Source of the DNA: Acidimicrobiales bacterium
Lineage (GTDB): Bacteria > Actinomycetota > Acidimicrobiia > Acidimicrobiales > MedAcidi-G1
Direction: 5' to 3'
DNA: 64,000 bases
Assembly (NCBI GenBank): GCA_022452145.1
Contig: JAKURY010000009.1
Location: forward strand, 18,120-82,119
The first letter of the stretch is position 1; each line of letters starts with the position of its first letter. The translations under genes were made by a program, and so were the position numbers. The notes under the pieces are model-generated. The model made no database searches. It was not told the DNA's origin and saw nothing but the letters and a program-made list of their open reading frames with translations. Below are positions 8,342 to 18,418 of this stretch, one piece after another.

Positions 8342-9421
8342 ATGAACGACGACGCCCTCTGGGCGACGGTCGTCGGACAGGCCGCCGCGATCTCGCTCCT
8401 GCGGGCCTCCGTGGTCGCTCCGGTCCACGCCTTCCTGTTCGTGGGCCCACCCGGTGCCGGCAGGGAAGAGGCAGCCCGGGCCTTCGCCGGAGCGCTCTTC
8501 GCCGGGAGCGAATCGGCCGACGGTCCGGAGCCCGAGGCAGCCACGCGACACCGCCGGCTGGCCGTCGCCGGCCAGCATCCCGACCTCGTTCACGTGGAGC
8601 CCGACGGTCGCGCCCTCCTGGTGGCCGATACCGAGAGGATCACGGTCGAGGGTTGGCGGTCGCCGGTCGAGGCCGACCGCAAGGTGATCGTGGTGGATCG
8701 CTTTGACACGGCAGAGCCCGAGGCGGCGGCCAGCCTTCTCAAGACCATCGAGGAGCCGCCGGCCACGACGACCTTCGTGCTGTTGGCGGAGGAGGTTCCA
8801 GCAGAGCACGTGACCATTGCATCGCGCTGCTTCCGAGTGGACTTCCCGCCGCTGGCCGACGACGTGGTGGTCGCCGCCATGGTTGCCGACGGGATCGACG
8901 TGGACCGCGCGGCGGTGCTGGCGGAGGCGGCGGCGGGGAGTCTGAGCCGGGCCCGCCTGCTGGTCGACGATCCGGCCCTGCACGGTCGGCGGAACGCCTG
9001 GCATTCGGTGCCGTCCCGCCTGGACGGCAGCGGGGCGGCGGTGGCCGTACTGGTCGAGGAGCTCCGGGCCATGATCGATGACGCCCAGGCCCCCCTGGTG
9101 GCCCGCCACGAGGTCGAGCTGGAGGCGCTGGCCGAACGCGAGGAGGCGTTCGGAACTCGGGGGTCGGGCAGGCGCGAGTTGGTGGACCGTCAGCGACGCG
9201 AGGTGCGTCGCCTGCGTGACGACGAGCTCCGGTTCGGGCTGGCCACCATCAGCCGCGTCTACCGGGACACGGCTCGGGCGGCCAGCGAGGCTGGCCAGCC
9301 GGTGGACTCCGCCATGGACGCCACGGCCCGCATCACCGGAGCCACCGGCGAGCTGGTCCGCAACCCCAACGAGACCCTCCTGCTCCAGGCACTCCTCCTG
9401 GACCTGCCGACAGCCGGTTGA
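8342..9421 (+). CDS. holB: DNA polymerase III subunit delta'
   Basis: HAFLFVGPPGAGREEAA and KVIVVDRFD...LLKTIEEPP. The topA-tmk-holB synteny is typical of actinobacteria. Confidence 0.88.
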   Translation: MNDDALWATVVGQAAAISLLRASVVAPVHAFLFVGPPGAGREEAARAFAGALFAGSESADGPEPEAATRHRRLAVAGQHPDLVHVEPDGRALLVADTERITVEGWRSPVEADRKVIVVDRFDTAEPEAAASLLKTIEEPPATTTFVLLAEEVPAEHVTIASRCFRVDFPPLADDVVVAAMVADGIDVDRAAVLAEAAAGSLSRARLLVDDPALHGRRNAWHSVPSRLDGSGAAVAVLVEELRAMIDDAQAPLVARHEVELEALAEREEAFGTRGSGRRELVDRQRREVRRLRDDELRFGLATISRVYRDTARAASEAGQPVDSAMDATARITGATGELVRNPNETLLLQALLLDLPTAG

Positions 9422-9485
9422 GCCGCCGGCGGACCTGCGGCGCTGGGCCACGCCCCGTCCACGGGGACGGTGCCCCCCATCGGGT

Positions 9486-10283
9486 CTACTCGGGGGTCAC
9501 GTAGGCGGCGGTCAGGCCGCCGTCCACCGAGAAGTCGGTCCCGGTCACGTAGGAGGACTCGTCCGAGGCTAGCCAGAGGGCGGCACGCGCTATCTCACCG
9601 GCCTCCCCGAATCGGCCCATCGGCACGTGTACCAGGCGCCGCTGTCGCTTCTCCTCGGTGTCCAGGAACGACATCAGGAGCTCTGTGCGGAGCGGTCCCG
9701 GGCACAGGGCGTTGACCCGGATGCCCTCCCGGGCGTGGATCACGGCCAGTTCCCGCGTCATGGCCAGTACGCCGCCCTTGGATGCCGTGTAGGCCAGCTG
9801 GGGGGTGGCCGCCCCCACGAGGGCCACGAAGCTGGCCGTGTTGATGACGCTGCCCCCGCCGGAACGACGCAGTGCCGGAATGCCGTGGCGGCAGCCGAAC
9901 CAGACGCCCTTGAGGTTTACAGCCATGGTCAGGTCCCAGACCGCCTCCTCGGTGGTCTGGGCGTCGCCGTCCCCCGGATGCATGATTCCGGCGTTGTTGA
10001 ACAGGACGTCGAGACGACCGAACGCCTCCTCGGTGTCGGCGATCGCCCTAGCCACCTCAGCCTCGACGGCCACGTCGGCGGTGAGTGCGATGGCCTCGCC
10101 ACCGGCGTCGGCGATCTCTCCCACGACCTGCACCGTCCCGTCGGCGTCCAGGTCAACCGCTGCCACCCGGGCGCCCTCGGCGGCGAAGAGAATGGCGCTC
10201 TCCCGGCCGATCCCCGATGCGGCGCCGGTTATGAAGGCCACCTTCCCGGCCAGCCGGCCACCGAGTGGGCCATCGGTCGTCAT
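9486..10283 (-). CDS. SDR-family oxidoreductase
   Basis: KVAFITGAASGIGRE cofactor motif, NNAG, and the YxxxK element in AYTASKGGV. Trimmed to ATG at 10283 (MTTDGPL); the track ORF extends to 10373. Confidence 0.85.
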   Translation of the reverse strand: MTTDGPLGGRLAGKVAFITGAASGIGRESAILFAAEGARVAAVDLDADGTVQVVGEIADAGGEAIALTADVAVEAEVARAIADTEEAFGRLDVLFNNAGIMHPGDGDAQTTEEAVWDLTMAVNLKGVWFGCRHGIPALRRSGGGSVINTASFVALVGAATPQLAYTASKGGVLAMTRELAVIHAREGIRVNALCPGPLRTELLMSFLDTEEKRQRRLVHVPMGRFGEAGEIARAALWLASDESSYVTGTDFSVDGGLTAAYVTPE

Positions 10284-10435
10284 CGCGTACAGATCCCGGG
10301 ACCAGGTCCTCCGCAGGGGTCGTGGGAGCAGGATGTGCGTACGGGCAGGCTCATGGCTGCGAGCCTGCCACACCGGCCCGGCGGATCGCCGACCGCCGTC
10401 GTGGCTGACGCCCTCCGGCTCTGAAAGGCTTGGGC

Positions 10436-12508
10436 ATGGCCGATGCTGCTGCGGCGCAGACCGGGACCACCATCGTGAGGGGCGCCTGCCACCACGACTG
10501 TCCGGACACCTGTGCCTGGGAGGTGACGGTCGAGGGGGGGCGGGCCGTCCGACTCCGTGGAGCGGTCGACCATCCGTTCACCGCCGGCGAGCTGTGCCCG
10601 AAGGTGAATAGGTACCTCGACCGGGTGTACCACCCCGACCGGATCCTGCGACCTCTGCGTCGGGTGCCGGGACCGCGCGGGGGCGAGCCCCGGTTCGAGC
10701 CGGTGTCATGGGACGATGCGATCGCGGAGGTGGCCTCCCGGTTGACAGCGGCCATCGACCGCCATGGGCCTGAGACCGTGCTCCCCTACTCCTTCGCCGG
10801 CACCCAGGGCCTGGTCCAGATGGGGGTCATGTCCCAGCGCTTCTTCGATGCCCTGGGCGCCACCCGCGTGCACCGCCACCTGTGTGGGGTGACGGCATGG
10901 CTGGGGGCGGCCGACGTGCACGGGCTCCCACTGGGCATGGACCCCGAGGACCTCCGGCACTCCCGGACGATCCTGTTGTGGGGCACCAACACCCTGGTCA
11001 CCAACCGGCACCTGTGGCCCACGATCGAGGCGGCCAGGGCCGACGGCGCCGTGGTTGTGGTGGTGGACCCCGTCAGGACCACGACTGCGGAGCGGGTCGA
11101 CCACCACGTGCAGCTGCGGCCGGGGACAGACGTGGCCCTGGTCCTCGGCATGCTCCACGTCATCGACCGGGACGGCCTGGTGGACCGGGCGTTCCTGGAC
11201 GACCACACCACGGGTTCCGACGAGCTCCTCGCCGATGCCCGACGGGTCGACCTGGACGCCACGGCCGCCACCACCGGAATCGACGTGGCCACCATCGAGT
11301 GGCTGGCCACCACCTTCGCCACCGGGCGGCCGGCGGCCGTCCGGGTCCTCGTCGGCCTCGAGCACCGGCAGCACGGCCAGGAGGCCCACCGGGCGCTGGC
11401 CATGCTGCCCGCCGTCACAGGTGCCTGGAGGGAGAGGGGCGGCGGTCTCTGCCGCTCCACCCAGCAGTACTTCGACCAGGTGCTGGTCGACCCGGTGCCA
11501 CGGCGGACCGGGACGGTACAGCCGCGGGTGGTCAACATGGCCGCGCTGGGCGAGGTGCTGACCGATCCGGACCTGGATCCGCCGATCACGGTCCTGATCG
11601 TCCACAACTGCAACCCGGCGACCATCACCCCGGACCAGAATCCGGTGCTGGCAGGGCTGGCCCGCGACGACCTGTTCACGGTGGTCATGGAGCAGGCGAT
11701 GACCGACACGGCCCGCCATGCCGACCTGGTGCTCCCGGCCACCACCCAGGTGGAGCACCTGGACCTGATGAACGCCTGGGGCCACATGTACCTGTCGTTG
11801 AACCGACCGGCCATCGCTCCTGTGGGCGAGGCGCTGCCCAACACCGAGGTGTTCCGCCGGTTGGCCGTCGCCATGGGCCTCGACGCGCCGGGCCTTGCGG
11901 ACGACGACGAGACCATGGTCCGCCAGCTGCTGGACTCGGACCACCCATGGCTGGACGGCATCGACCTGGAGCGCCTGGACGCCGAGGGGTGGGTCCGCCT
12001 GAACGTCCCCGACGGCTTCATCCCGCCCATGGACGGGGCCACCGCGACGGCCGACGGCCGCCTAGCCCTGGGCCCACTGGAGTACCGGCCCGGAGACGAG
12101 ACACCCGACGGCGACGCCCGACTGGTGGCCCGGTACCCCCTGGGCCTGCTCACCCGCAAGCAGCACGTCAGGTTCCTGAACAGCCACTACGGCGGGTTCG
12201 CAGACCACCTCCCGGCCGAAGGGGAGCCCAGGCTGGACGTCCACCCGGACGACGCCGACCCCCGTGGCATCGTCGACGGCGACAGGGTCCGAGTCTTCAA
12301 CGACCGTGGATCGGTCGAGCTGCGGGCGGCGGTGGTCGACCGGGTACAGCCCGGGCTGGTGACCATGCCGTTCGGGTGGTGGTCGACCACGACATCGGAC
12401 GGTCGCGGGGCCAACGTCTTGACCAACCCCCGTCCGGGTCGCAACATCGGCTCGGCAGCCTTCCACGACACCCTGGTCCAGGTGGAACCGGTCGGGCCGT
12501 CATCGTGA
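10436..12508 (+). CDS. Molybdopterin (bis-MGD) oxidoreductase, cytoplasmic MopB family
   Basis: N-terminal 4Fe-4S motif CHHDCPDTCAW...C. No twin-arginine signal. C-terminal molydopterin-binding beta-barrel-like region. ATG 10436 is preceded by gaaagg. Confidence 0.85.
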   Translation: MADAAAAQTGTTIVRGACHHDCPDTCAWEVTVEGGRAVRLRGAVDHPFTAGELCPKVNRYLDRVYHPDRILRPLRRVPGPRGGEPRFEPVSWDDAIAEVASRLTAAIDRHGPETVLPYSFAGTQGLVQMGVMSQRFFDALGATRVHRHLCGVTAWLGAADVHGLPLGMDPEDLRHSRTILLWGTNTLVTNRHLWPTIEAARADGAVVVVVDPVRTTTAERVDHHVQLRPGTDVALVLGMLHVIDRDGLVDRAFLDDHTTGSDELLADARRVDLDATAATTGIDVATIEWLATTFATGRPAAVRVLVGLEHRQHGQEAHRALAMLPAVTGAWRERGGGLCRSTQQYFDQVLVDPVPRRTGTVQPRVVNMAALGEVLTDPDLDPPITVLIVHNCNPATITPDQNPVLAGLARDDLFTVVMEQAMTDTARHADLVLPATTQVEHLDLMNAWGHMYLSLNRPAIAPVGEALPNTEVFRRLAVAMGLDAPGLADDDETMVRQLLDSDHPWLDGIDLERLDAEGWVRLNVPDGFIPPMDGATATADGRLALGPLEYRPGDETPDGDARLVARYPLGLLTRKQHVRFLNSHYGGFADHLPAEGEPRLDVHPDDADPRGIVDGDRVRVFNDRGSVELRAAVVDRVQPGLVTMPFGWWSTTTSDGRGANVLTNPRPGRNIGSAAFHDTLVQVEPVGPSS

Positions 12509-12545
12509 CCGTTCGGGCTGCTCGAACCCGACGGCGGGCCGGTCT

Positions 12546-13409
12546 GTGACCACCACGGTCACCATCACGGGAACGGGTACGCCGATCCCCACGCCGGACC
12601 GCGCCGGGCCCGGGGTGCTCGTCACCCATCGGTCAGATGGCCGGCCACTGGACCTGCTGATCGACGCGGGGAGGTCCACGGTGATGCGCCTGCTGGGTGC
12701 CGGATCCGATCCCGGGCGACTCGACGCGGTCTTCCTCACGCACCACCATTCCGACCACCTCGTCGGCCTGGACGACGTGCTCCTCACCCGATGGGTGATG
12801 GACCGGGAGAGGAACCTCCCCACGCTTCCGGTCGTGGCGCCCGACGGACCCTGCATCCCCTTCGTGGACGGCCTGGCCGACCGGTGGGCCGACGACTTGG
12901 CGGTAAGGGCATCCCACTCCGGGCGCCGGGACGGCCCCTCGGTGGAGCCAGTCCCGTTCCCCTACCCGGGCGTTCCGACAGAGGTCTGGCGTGCTGACGG
13001 CGTTCGGGTGCTCGCCGGCCAGGTGCGCCACGAGCCGGTGCACCCGGCGGTCGGCTACCGGATCGAGACCCCGGATGGCGTCGTGGTCGTCTCCGGCGAC
13101 ACCCTGGTGTGTGACGAGGTGGCCGAACTGGCCACCGGAGCCGATGTGCTGGTCTACGAGGCCATGCGGTTCTCCGAGATCCGCAGCCTCCCGGAACGCC
13201 GTCGGTTCATCCTCGACTACCACGCCGACACGGTGGCCATCGGCCGCCAGGCCCAGGGCCTGGGCATTCCCCGACTGGTGCTCACCCACCTCATCCCGCC
13301 TCCGGGGTCGGTGGCCGCCGAACGGGCCTTCGAGGACGATGTCCGGTCCGGTGGCTACACGGGTGACGTGGTAGTGGCGCGGGACCTGACTGCGGTCACC
13401 CTTCCCTGA
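12546..13409 (+). CDS. MBL-fold metallo-hydrolase (RNase Z-like)
   Basis: FLTHHHSDHLVGLDD metal-binding motif; GTG start. Confidence 0.8.
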   Translation: MTTTVTITGTGTPIPTPDRAGPGVLVTHRSDGRPLDLLIDAGRSTVMRLLGAGSDPGRLDAVFLTHHHSDHLVGLDDVLLTRWVMDRERNLPTLPVVAPDGPCIPFVDGLADRWADDLAVRASHSGRRDGPSVEPVPFPYPGVPTEVWRADGVRVLAGQVRHEPVHPAVGYRIETPDGVVVVSGDTLVCDEVAELATGADVLVYEAMRFSEIRSLPERRRFILDYHADTVAIGRQAQGLGIPRLVLTHLIPPPGSVAAERAFEDDVRSGGYTGDVVVARDLTAVTLP

Positions 13410-13448
13410 GCTGGCCCCCGCCGCCCGGCCTGCGGTAGTGCCTCCTGG

Positions 13449-14543
13449 TCAGTCGGGGACCACCACGGTCCGGCGCCCGGACGTCGGGGCGGCGAACCAG
13501 GCGGGTACCTCGGATAGGCCGATGGTCCCGCCGACGAACTCGTCTAACGGCAGCTCACCGCTCCGATAGAGGTCGAGCAGTTCGGGCACGCCGACCCGGG
13601 GCTCGGTATCCCCGTAGATCGATGCCGTGATGGTGGCCCGCTTGAGAAACAGCTGGGGTAGGGCGATGGGCAGGTGGTCGACCGGTCGGGGCGAACCGAC
13701 CTGGACCACCGTCCCCCCGACGCCCAGGCAGCGGAAGGCCAGGGCCAGCACGTCGTGGTGGCCTGCCGCCTCGATGGCCACGTCCAGCCCCTCCCCGTCG
13801 GTGGCCCTCCGGATGGTGGTAGCGACGTCGTCGTCGGGGTCCAGGCAGAGGTCGGCGCCCAGCCGTCCGGCCAGGGCCCGCTGGTCGGGGTCGGGATCGA
13901 TGGCCACCACGGTGGCTGCCCCCGCCCTGGAGGCGGCTACCACGGCAGCTGTTCCCACCCCGCCGCAGCCGAACACCGCCACGTGGTCACCGGTCTCCAC
14001 GGCGGCCGTTCGGACGACCGATCCGTAGCCGGTCATCACACCGCACCCGACGATGCTGGTCGGGACGGGATCCAGGTCGTCGCCGACGGGGACGCACTGG
14101 CCGACGTGGACCAGGGCGTGACTTGCCATGCCGCCGATGCCGAACGCCCGGGCCAGGACCGCCTCGTCGGCGTCGACGGGAGCTGTGTCCGCGTGGACCG
14201 GTCGGAGGCAGAACGCCGGTCCCTGTCGTCGGCAGGGCCGACAGGTACCGCACGGGTTCCGCCACGCCAGCAGGACCCGCTGGCCGACCACCAGATCGAC
14301 GCCGGGCCCGGTGGCCTCGATCCTGCCCACCGTCTCGTGTCCGAGGATCAACGGCGGCTGCTCGGGGATGCCGCCGTGGATGGCCAGCACGTCGCTGTGG
14401 CAGATCCCACACGCCTCCATGGCCACCCGGACCTCGCCGGGTCCCGGCGGGCCGAGGTCCACGTCGACGATCTGGACCGGTCCGTTCCGCTCCCGGACGA
14501 CGGCCGCCCGTGTCCGGAGGACGCCGGCCGGGCCGGTCACCAA
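13449..14543 (-). CDS. Zn-dependent alcohol dehydrogenase (MDR family)
   Basis: MEACGICHSD...GHETVG zinc motifs and VAVFGCGGVGTAAV Rossmann motif. Confidence 0.85.
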   Translation of the reverse strand: MVTGPAGVLRTRAAVVRERNGPVQIVDVDLGPPGPGEVRVAMEACGICHSDVLAIHGGIPEQPPLILGHETVGRIEATGPGVDLVVGQRVLLAWRNPCGTCRPCRRQGPAFCLRPVHADTAPVDADEAVLARAFGIGGMASHALVHVGQCVPVGDDLDPVPTSIVGCGVMTGYGSVVRTAAVETGDHVAVFGCGGVGTAAVVAASRAGAATVVAIDPDPDQRALAGRLGADLCLDPDDDVATTIRRATDGEGLDVAIEAAGHHDVLALAFRCLGVGGTVVQVGSPRPVDHLPIALPQLFLKRATITASIYGDTEPRVGVPELLDLYRSGELPLDEFVGGTIGLSEVPAWFAAPTSGRRTVVVPD

Positions 14544-15559
14544 CTGAACTCCAGGACGATCTTGCCCACGTGGGTGTCGGCTGTCATGGCCTCGGCGGCC
14601 CCAGTCAGGTCGTCGGCGGGCAGCACCCGGTCGACAATGGGCACGACGGTGCCGTCGGCCAGCAGGGGGAGGACGTCACGACCCGCCGACTGGATAACCG
14701 TGGCCGCCTCCTCCTGGCTCCGGGTCCGGAAGGTGGTCCCGACGAGGGTCAGGCGCTTCCTGGCCAGCTCGTCGAGGTTGACCTTGTCGATGACCCCTCC
14801 GACCCGGCCGACCGACACGATCCGTCCCCCGAGGGCCGCCGTGTCCACGCTGGCCCGGAGGGTGCCGGCGCCCACCACGTCGATGGTGACGTCCACGCCG
14901 TCCGGAGCCACGGCCAGCACCTCATCGGTGAAGCCGTCCGACGGGCCGACGATGCCCGCAGTCGGGGCGAGGCCCAGGTCGGTGAGGCGGGCCAGCTTGT
15001 CGGTGCTGCGCGAGACGGCCAGGACGGACCCGGCGCCCAGGTGGGGTGCCAGTAGCAGGGTGGCCACCCCGATCCCCGACGAGGCGCCGTTGACCAGCAC
15101 CGTCTCCCCGGCCGACAGGCGCCCTGCGGTCACCAGAGCGTCGTGGACGGTGACGAAGTTGATGGGGACGGCAGCCGCCGTGGTCAGGTCCAGGGAGTCG
15201 GGAACGGGCAGCACTCGCCCGGCCGACACGACCAGTCGCCGACGGAAGGCGCTGTAGGTGAAGGCCATGGCCCGGTCGCCGACCTTCCAGCCATCGACGC
15301 CCTTGCCCACCGCCGTCACCCGCCCGGACACCTCGCCGCCGGCCACCGTCGGCCGGGACGACCGGTCCGGTTCGGACAGCGAGCGGCCTACCCGGTAGGC
15401 GCCTGCCAGGGCGTACACGTCGCCCCGGTTGAGTCCGCCGGCCACCGTCTCGATCTCCAGGTGACCGGGACGGACTTCGTGGAGCGGAACGGTCGAACGC
15501 GAGGGACCGTCGGGCCCAACCACGATGGCCTCGGTCTGCTCCGGGATCCGATCAGCCAT
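14537..15559 (-). CDS. Quinone oxidoreductase-like MDR (NADPH-dependent)
   Basis: LNRGDVYALAG and VLVNGASSGIGVA. The stop overlaps the downstream ADH start. Confidence 0.8.
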   Translation of the reverse strand: MADRIPEQTEAIVVGPDGPSRSTVPLHEVRPGHLEIETVAGGLNRGDVYALAGAYRVGRSLSEPDRSSRPTVAGGEVSGRVTAVGKGVDGWKVGDRAMAFTYSAFRRRLVVSAGRVLPVPDSLDLTTAAAVPINFVTVHDALVTAGRLSAGETVLVNGASSGIGVATLLLAPHLGAGSVLAVSRSTDKLARLTDLGLAPTAGIVGPSDGFTDEVLAVAPDGVDVTIDVVGAGTLRASVDTAALGGRIVSVGRVGGVIDKVNLDELARKRLTLVGTTFRTRSQEEAATVIQSAGRDVLPLLADGTVVPIVDRVLPADDLTGAAEAMTADTHVGKIVLEFSW

Positions 15560-16082
15560 CGGTGGGGATCCGGAGCGTCCGGACGAACAGGGCGATGCCG
15601 CGGTAGTTGGCCACGGTGAAGATCAGGTCGTGGACCTGCTCTCGGCGGAGGTGGCGGGACAGGTCCTCCCACGTGTCGTCGCCAACGTCGCCGTCCCGGG
15701 CCAACTCGAGGGCCGCTGCCACCACCGACCGCTCGGCCCCCCTGAAGGGGGTCGGGTCGCCGGCGATGGCCGCCTCGACCTCGTCATGCCGTAGGCCGAC
15801 CGCCGAGCCGATCTCCCGGTGGTGGTACAGCTCGTAGTCGCTGTTCTCAAAGCCGGCCGTGCAGAGGATGGCCAGTTCGCGGGCCCGGGCCTCCAGCGTC
15901 GACCGGTCGAGCAGGTGGGAGGCGAACGGCGCCCACTTTCGGAACAGCCACGGGTGGGCCACCATGCCCTTGAAGACGTTGGGGACCTCGCCGTCGGCGC
16001 CCCGGGGCAGGTGCCGGATCAACTCTGGGTCGATCTCCGCGGTCGCCGGGAGGTTGACCCGGGGCGTTCGGTCGGTGGTCAT
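15552..16082 (-). CDS. Carboxymuconolactone decarboxylase (AhpD-like) family protein
   Basis: CMD-like helices: FRKWAPFASHLL...LEARARELAILCTAGFENSDYELYHH. Overlaps the QOR start by 8 nt. Confidence 0.75.
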   Translation of the reverse strand: MTTDRTPRVNLPATAEIDPELIRHLPRGADGEVPNVFKGMVAHPWLFRKWAPFASHLLDRSTLEARARELAILCTAGFENSDYELYHHREIGSAVGLRHDEVEAAIAGDPTPFRGAERSVVAAALELARDGDVGDDTWEDLSRHLRREQVHDLIFTVANYRGIALFVRTLRIPTDG

Positions 16083-16101
16083 CAGATCGCCCGGTCGGCC
16101 T

Positions 16102-16932
16102 TCAGGCTGGTCGGGGGGCGGCGGCCGTGCCGCTGCCGTCGTCGAGGGCCGAGACCCGCCAGAGCTCCCGCCTCGCCGACCCGTAGTCGTGGACGGCGTA
16201 GTGCTGGCACGTCCGGTTGTCCCAGATGAGGACGTCGCCGGCCGCCCACCGGTGCCGGTAGACGAGGTCGGGCGTGGTGGCGTAGTCGAAAAGGGTCCGG
16301 AGGAGTCCCCGTCCCTCCTCGACGGTCATGCCCTCGAACCGGTCCACGTAGGCGGCGTTCACGTACAGGAATCGCCTTCCCGAGCGGGGGTGGATCCGGA
16401 CCACGTCGTGTACACGGCGCGGGGCGTCGGCCGGGTCGGCCCCCATGATCCGGGCGAAGGCCGCCCCCGAGTGGACGGCCCGGAGGCCAGCCAGGAGGTC
16501 CTTCATCCGGTCGGAGAGGCCATCGTGGGCCCGGACCTGGTCGGCGAACATGGTGTCCCCACCACTGGGCGGGACCTCGACAGCGTTCAGCAGGCAGACG
16601 GTCAGCTCGTCGGCGAAGTAGGTGCTGTCGGCGTGCCATCGCTCGGTGATCCGCTGCTCCTTGCGCACGTCGGTCACGTGGATGATCTCGTCATGGTCGG
16701 GGTGGCGGAGGCCGTAGTCGGTGCGCTGGAGCGGGCCGAACAGCCGACCGACGGCCAACTGCTCCTCGGGCGACAGTAGCTGGTCCGGGAGGTGGAGCAC
16801 CCCGTGAGCATCCAGCAGGTCGAGGACCTTCTCGGCTCCCCGTGCGTCGAGGCCGGCCAGGGCAAGGCCCTCGACCCGGGCGCCGAAGGTACCCGTGTCG
16901 GGATCGCCGGTCAGCGGGGTCACGGTAGGCAC
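16102..16932 (-). CDS. TauD/TfdA-family Fe(II)/2-oxoglutarate dioxygenase
   Basis: WHADSTYFADE (HxD) ... GGDTMFADQ ... WDNRTCQHYA are typical of taurine dioxygenase-like enzymes. Confidence 0.85.
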   Translation of the reverse strand: MPTVTPLTGDPDTGTFGARVEGLALAGLDARGAEKVLDLLDAHGVLHLPDQLLSPEEQLAVGRLFGPLQRTDYGLRHPDHDEIIHVTDVRKEQRITERWHADSTYFADELTVCLLNAVEVPPSGGDTMFADQVRAHDGLSDRMKDLLAGLRAVHSGAAFARIMGADPADAPRRVHDVVRIHPRSGRRFLYVNAAYVDRFEGMTVEEGRGLLRTLFDYATTPDLVYRHRWAAGDVLIWDNRTCQHYAVHDYGSARRELWRVSALDDGSGTAAAPRPA

Positions 16933-16999
16933 GACGGCGATGGTAGTGATGCACGGTCGGGCCCGCGAGGCCGCTGGTCGTGGGTCCGGAGTTAAACGT

Positions 17000-17713
17000 T
17001 CAGGAGTCGTGGAGGACGAACCGGATCCGCTTGAAACCCTTCCCCTTGGACTCCGTCTTGACGACCTCCAGGCGCCCGACCTGGCCGGTGGACGACACGT
17101 GGGTCCCGCCGTCGGCCTGCTTGTCCAGGCCGACGATGTCCACCACCCGGATCTCGTCCACCGACTCGGGGACCAGGTTCACCTTGGTCCGGATGAGCTC
17201 CCGGTCCAGCACCGCCTCGCCACGGGGGAGGAACGACACCTCGATGGGTCGGTCGGCGGCGATCTCGGCGTTGCAGAGGGCCTCCACCTCTGCGGCGAAG
17301 CCCTCCGGGAGTTGGTCCACCTCGAAGTCCATGCGTCCCGAGAGGGCGTCCATGTTGCCTCCGGTGACCACCCGCCTCCAGTTCTTCCACATCACGCCGC
17401 AGAGGACGTGCATGGCGGTGTGGGTGCGCATCATCTGGCGCCGTCGGGCGTCGTCCACCTCGCCTGTAACCGTCGTGGCGACCTCGGGTACCGGGCCTGC
17501 CAGCGTGTGGAGCACCCGTCCGTCGACGGTACGGACGTCCAGGACGGCGGCGGCCCCGGTGGCCCACACCAGGTGGCCGGTGTCATGCGGCTGGCCACCG
17601 CTGGTGGCGTAGAAGGCGGTCCGGTCCAGTTCCACGCGGTCGCCGTCGACGGCAACGACGGCGGCCTCGAACGAGCGCAAGTCGGCGTCTCGCAGGTACA
17701 GCCGGTCGGTCAT
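17000..17713 (-). CDS. Alanyl-tRNA editing protein (AlaX-M-like, tRNA_SAD)
   Basis: GGQPHDTG and HTAMHVL...GGTHV zinc/editing motifs. Trimmed to ATG 17713 (MTDRLYL); the track ORF 17000..18100 is an upstream extension. Confidence 0.8.
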   Translation of the reverse strand: MTDRLYLRDADLRSFEAAVVAVDGDRVELDRTAFYATSGGQPHDTGHLVWATGAAAVLDVRTVDGRVLHTLAGPVPEVATTVTGEVDDARRRQMMRTHTAMHVLCGVMWKNWRRVVTGGNMDALSGRMDFEVDQLPEGFAAEVEALCNAEIAADRPIEVSFLPRGEAVLDRELIRTKVNLVPESVDEIRVVDIVGLDKQADGGTHVSSTGQVGRLEVVKTESKGKGFKRIRFVLHDS

Positions 17714-17744
17714 GGCCCGGCCTCCTGGCGTGCTGGTCGCCCGC

Positions 17745-18239
17745 TCATGGCCCAGCCTCCCAGTCGGCCGGGCGGGTATCGCCGACGTCCACCCGCAACT
17801 CGCCCTCCACCACCTGCCAGGCCATCTGGTCGAGGCCCTCGCCGTCCGGCGGCCAGGTGACTTCCGGAGCGCACGAGTCCGTGAAGACCGAGGCCGTGCC
17901 GTCCCACTGGACAAGGCAACGGGCTTCACGCCCCGGGACCCGGGCCGAGAACGCGGCCCAGCCGAAGGCCGGGTCGTCGCCTGCATGGGTGATCCAGATC
18001 GGCCGGTCCCTGCCGGCCAGGTCGGGGAACGGGACCGGTCCGTTCCGGGCGATCTCGGTGGCGAGGTCGGCGGCGTGGATGCCGCGGAAGTCTGGGTCAC
18101 CCAGCTTCACCTCGATGGCGTCAGTCGAGCCGGCCAGCCACAGCACCAGCATTAGGGCTCCCACGGCGGCGGCCAGCCCGGTCATCGTCACGGCGATGGC
18201 CCGCGGCACGTCGAGCCGCATTCCCCGGGCGACGGTCAT
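17745..18239 (-). CDS. Hypothetical membrane-anchored protein
   Basis: 164-aa ORF with one N-terminal TM (AIAVTMTGLAAAVGALMLVLWLAG) and coding-like GC3. No family recognised. Confidence 0.5.
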   Translation of the reverse strand: MTVARGMRLDVPRAIAVTMTGLAAAVGALMLVLWLAGSTDAIEVKLGDPDFRGIHAADLATEIARNGPVPFPDLAGRDRPIWITHAGDDPAFGWAAFSARVPGREARCLVQWDGTASVFTDSCAPEVTWPPDGEGLDQMAWQVVEGELRVDVGDTRPADWEAGP

Positions 18240-18418
18240 GGCTTGCAGGCCCCTCTCGATCGTCGGCCGGTGGTGTGTCGGAAACCCGGGCCGTAGTTCG
18301 GTCCCACTGGGTCGGTCCCGGCGGGGTGCTGCCTAGTATCGCTCCGGTCCGGCGTCGATGACAGCAGGCGGCGACCATCCGACGAGACCGACCGTGAGGT
18401 CCGCAGGAGGCGACTGGC

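Noticed and set aside
10436-12508. Possible selenocysteine or Tat export for the molybdopterin oxidoreductase.
   Set aside because: There is no in-frame TGA and no twin-arginine signal peptide. The N-terminus goes straight into the 4Fe-4S Cys motif, so the enzyme is a cytoplasmic Cys/Ser-type enzyme.
17714-18100. N-terminal extensions in track ORFs: 17000..18100, 38321..39484, 22646..23695, 53606..55015, 54687..55646, 55508..55888, 30823..31581, 31419..32765, 32772..33872, 56973..58016, 47490..47939 and 9486..10373.
   Set aside because: The extended parts are low-complexity R/P/G sequence and overlap neighbouring real genes. Internal ATG or GTG codons fit start-stop coupling or SD-like sequences and mark where family homology begins.
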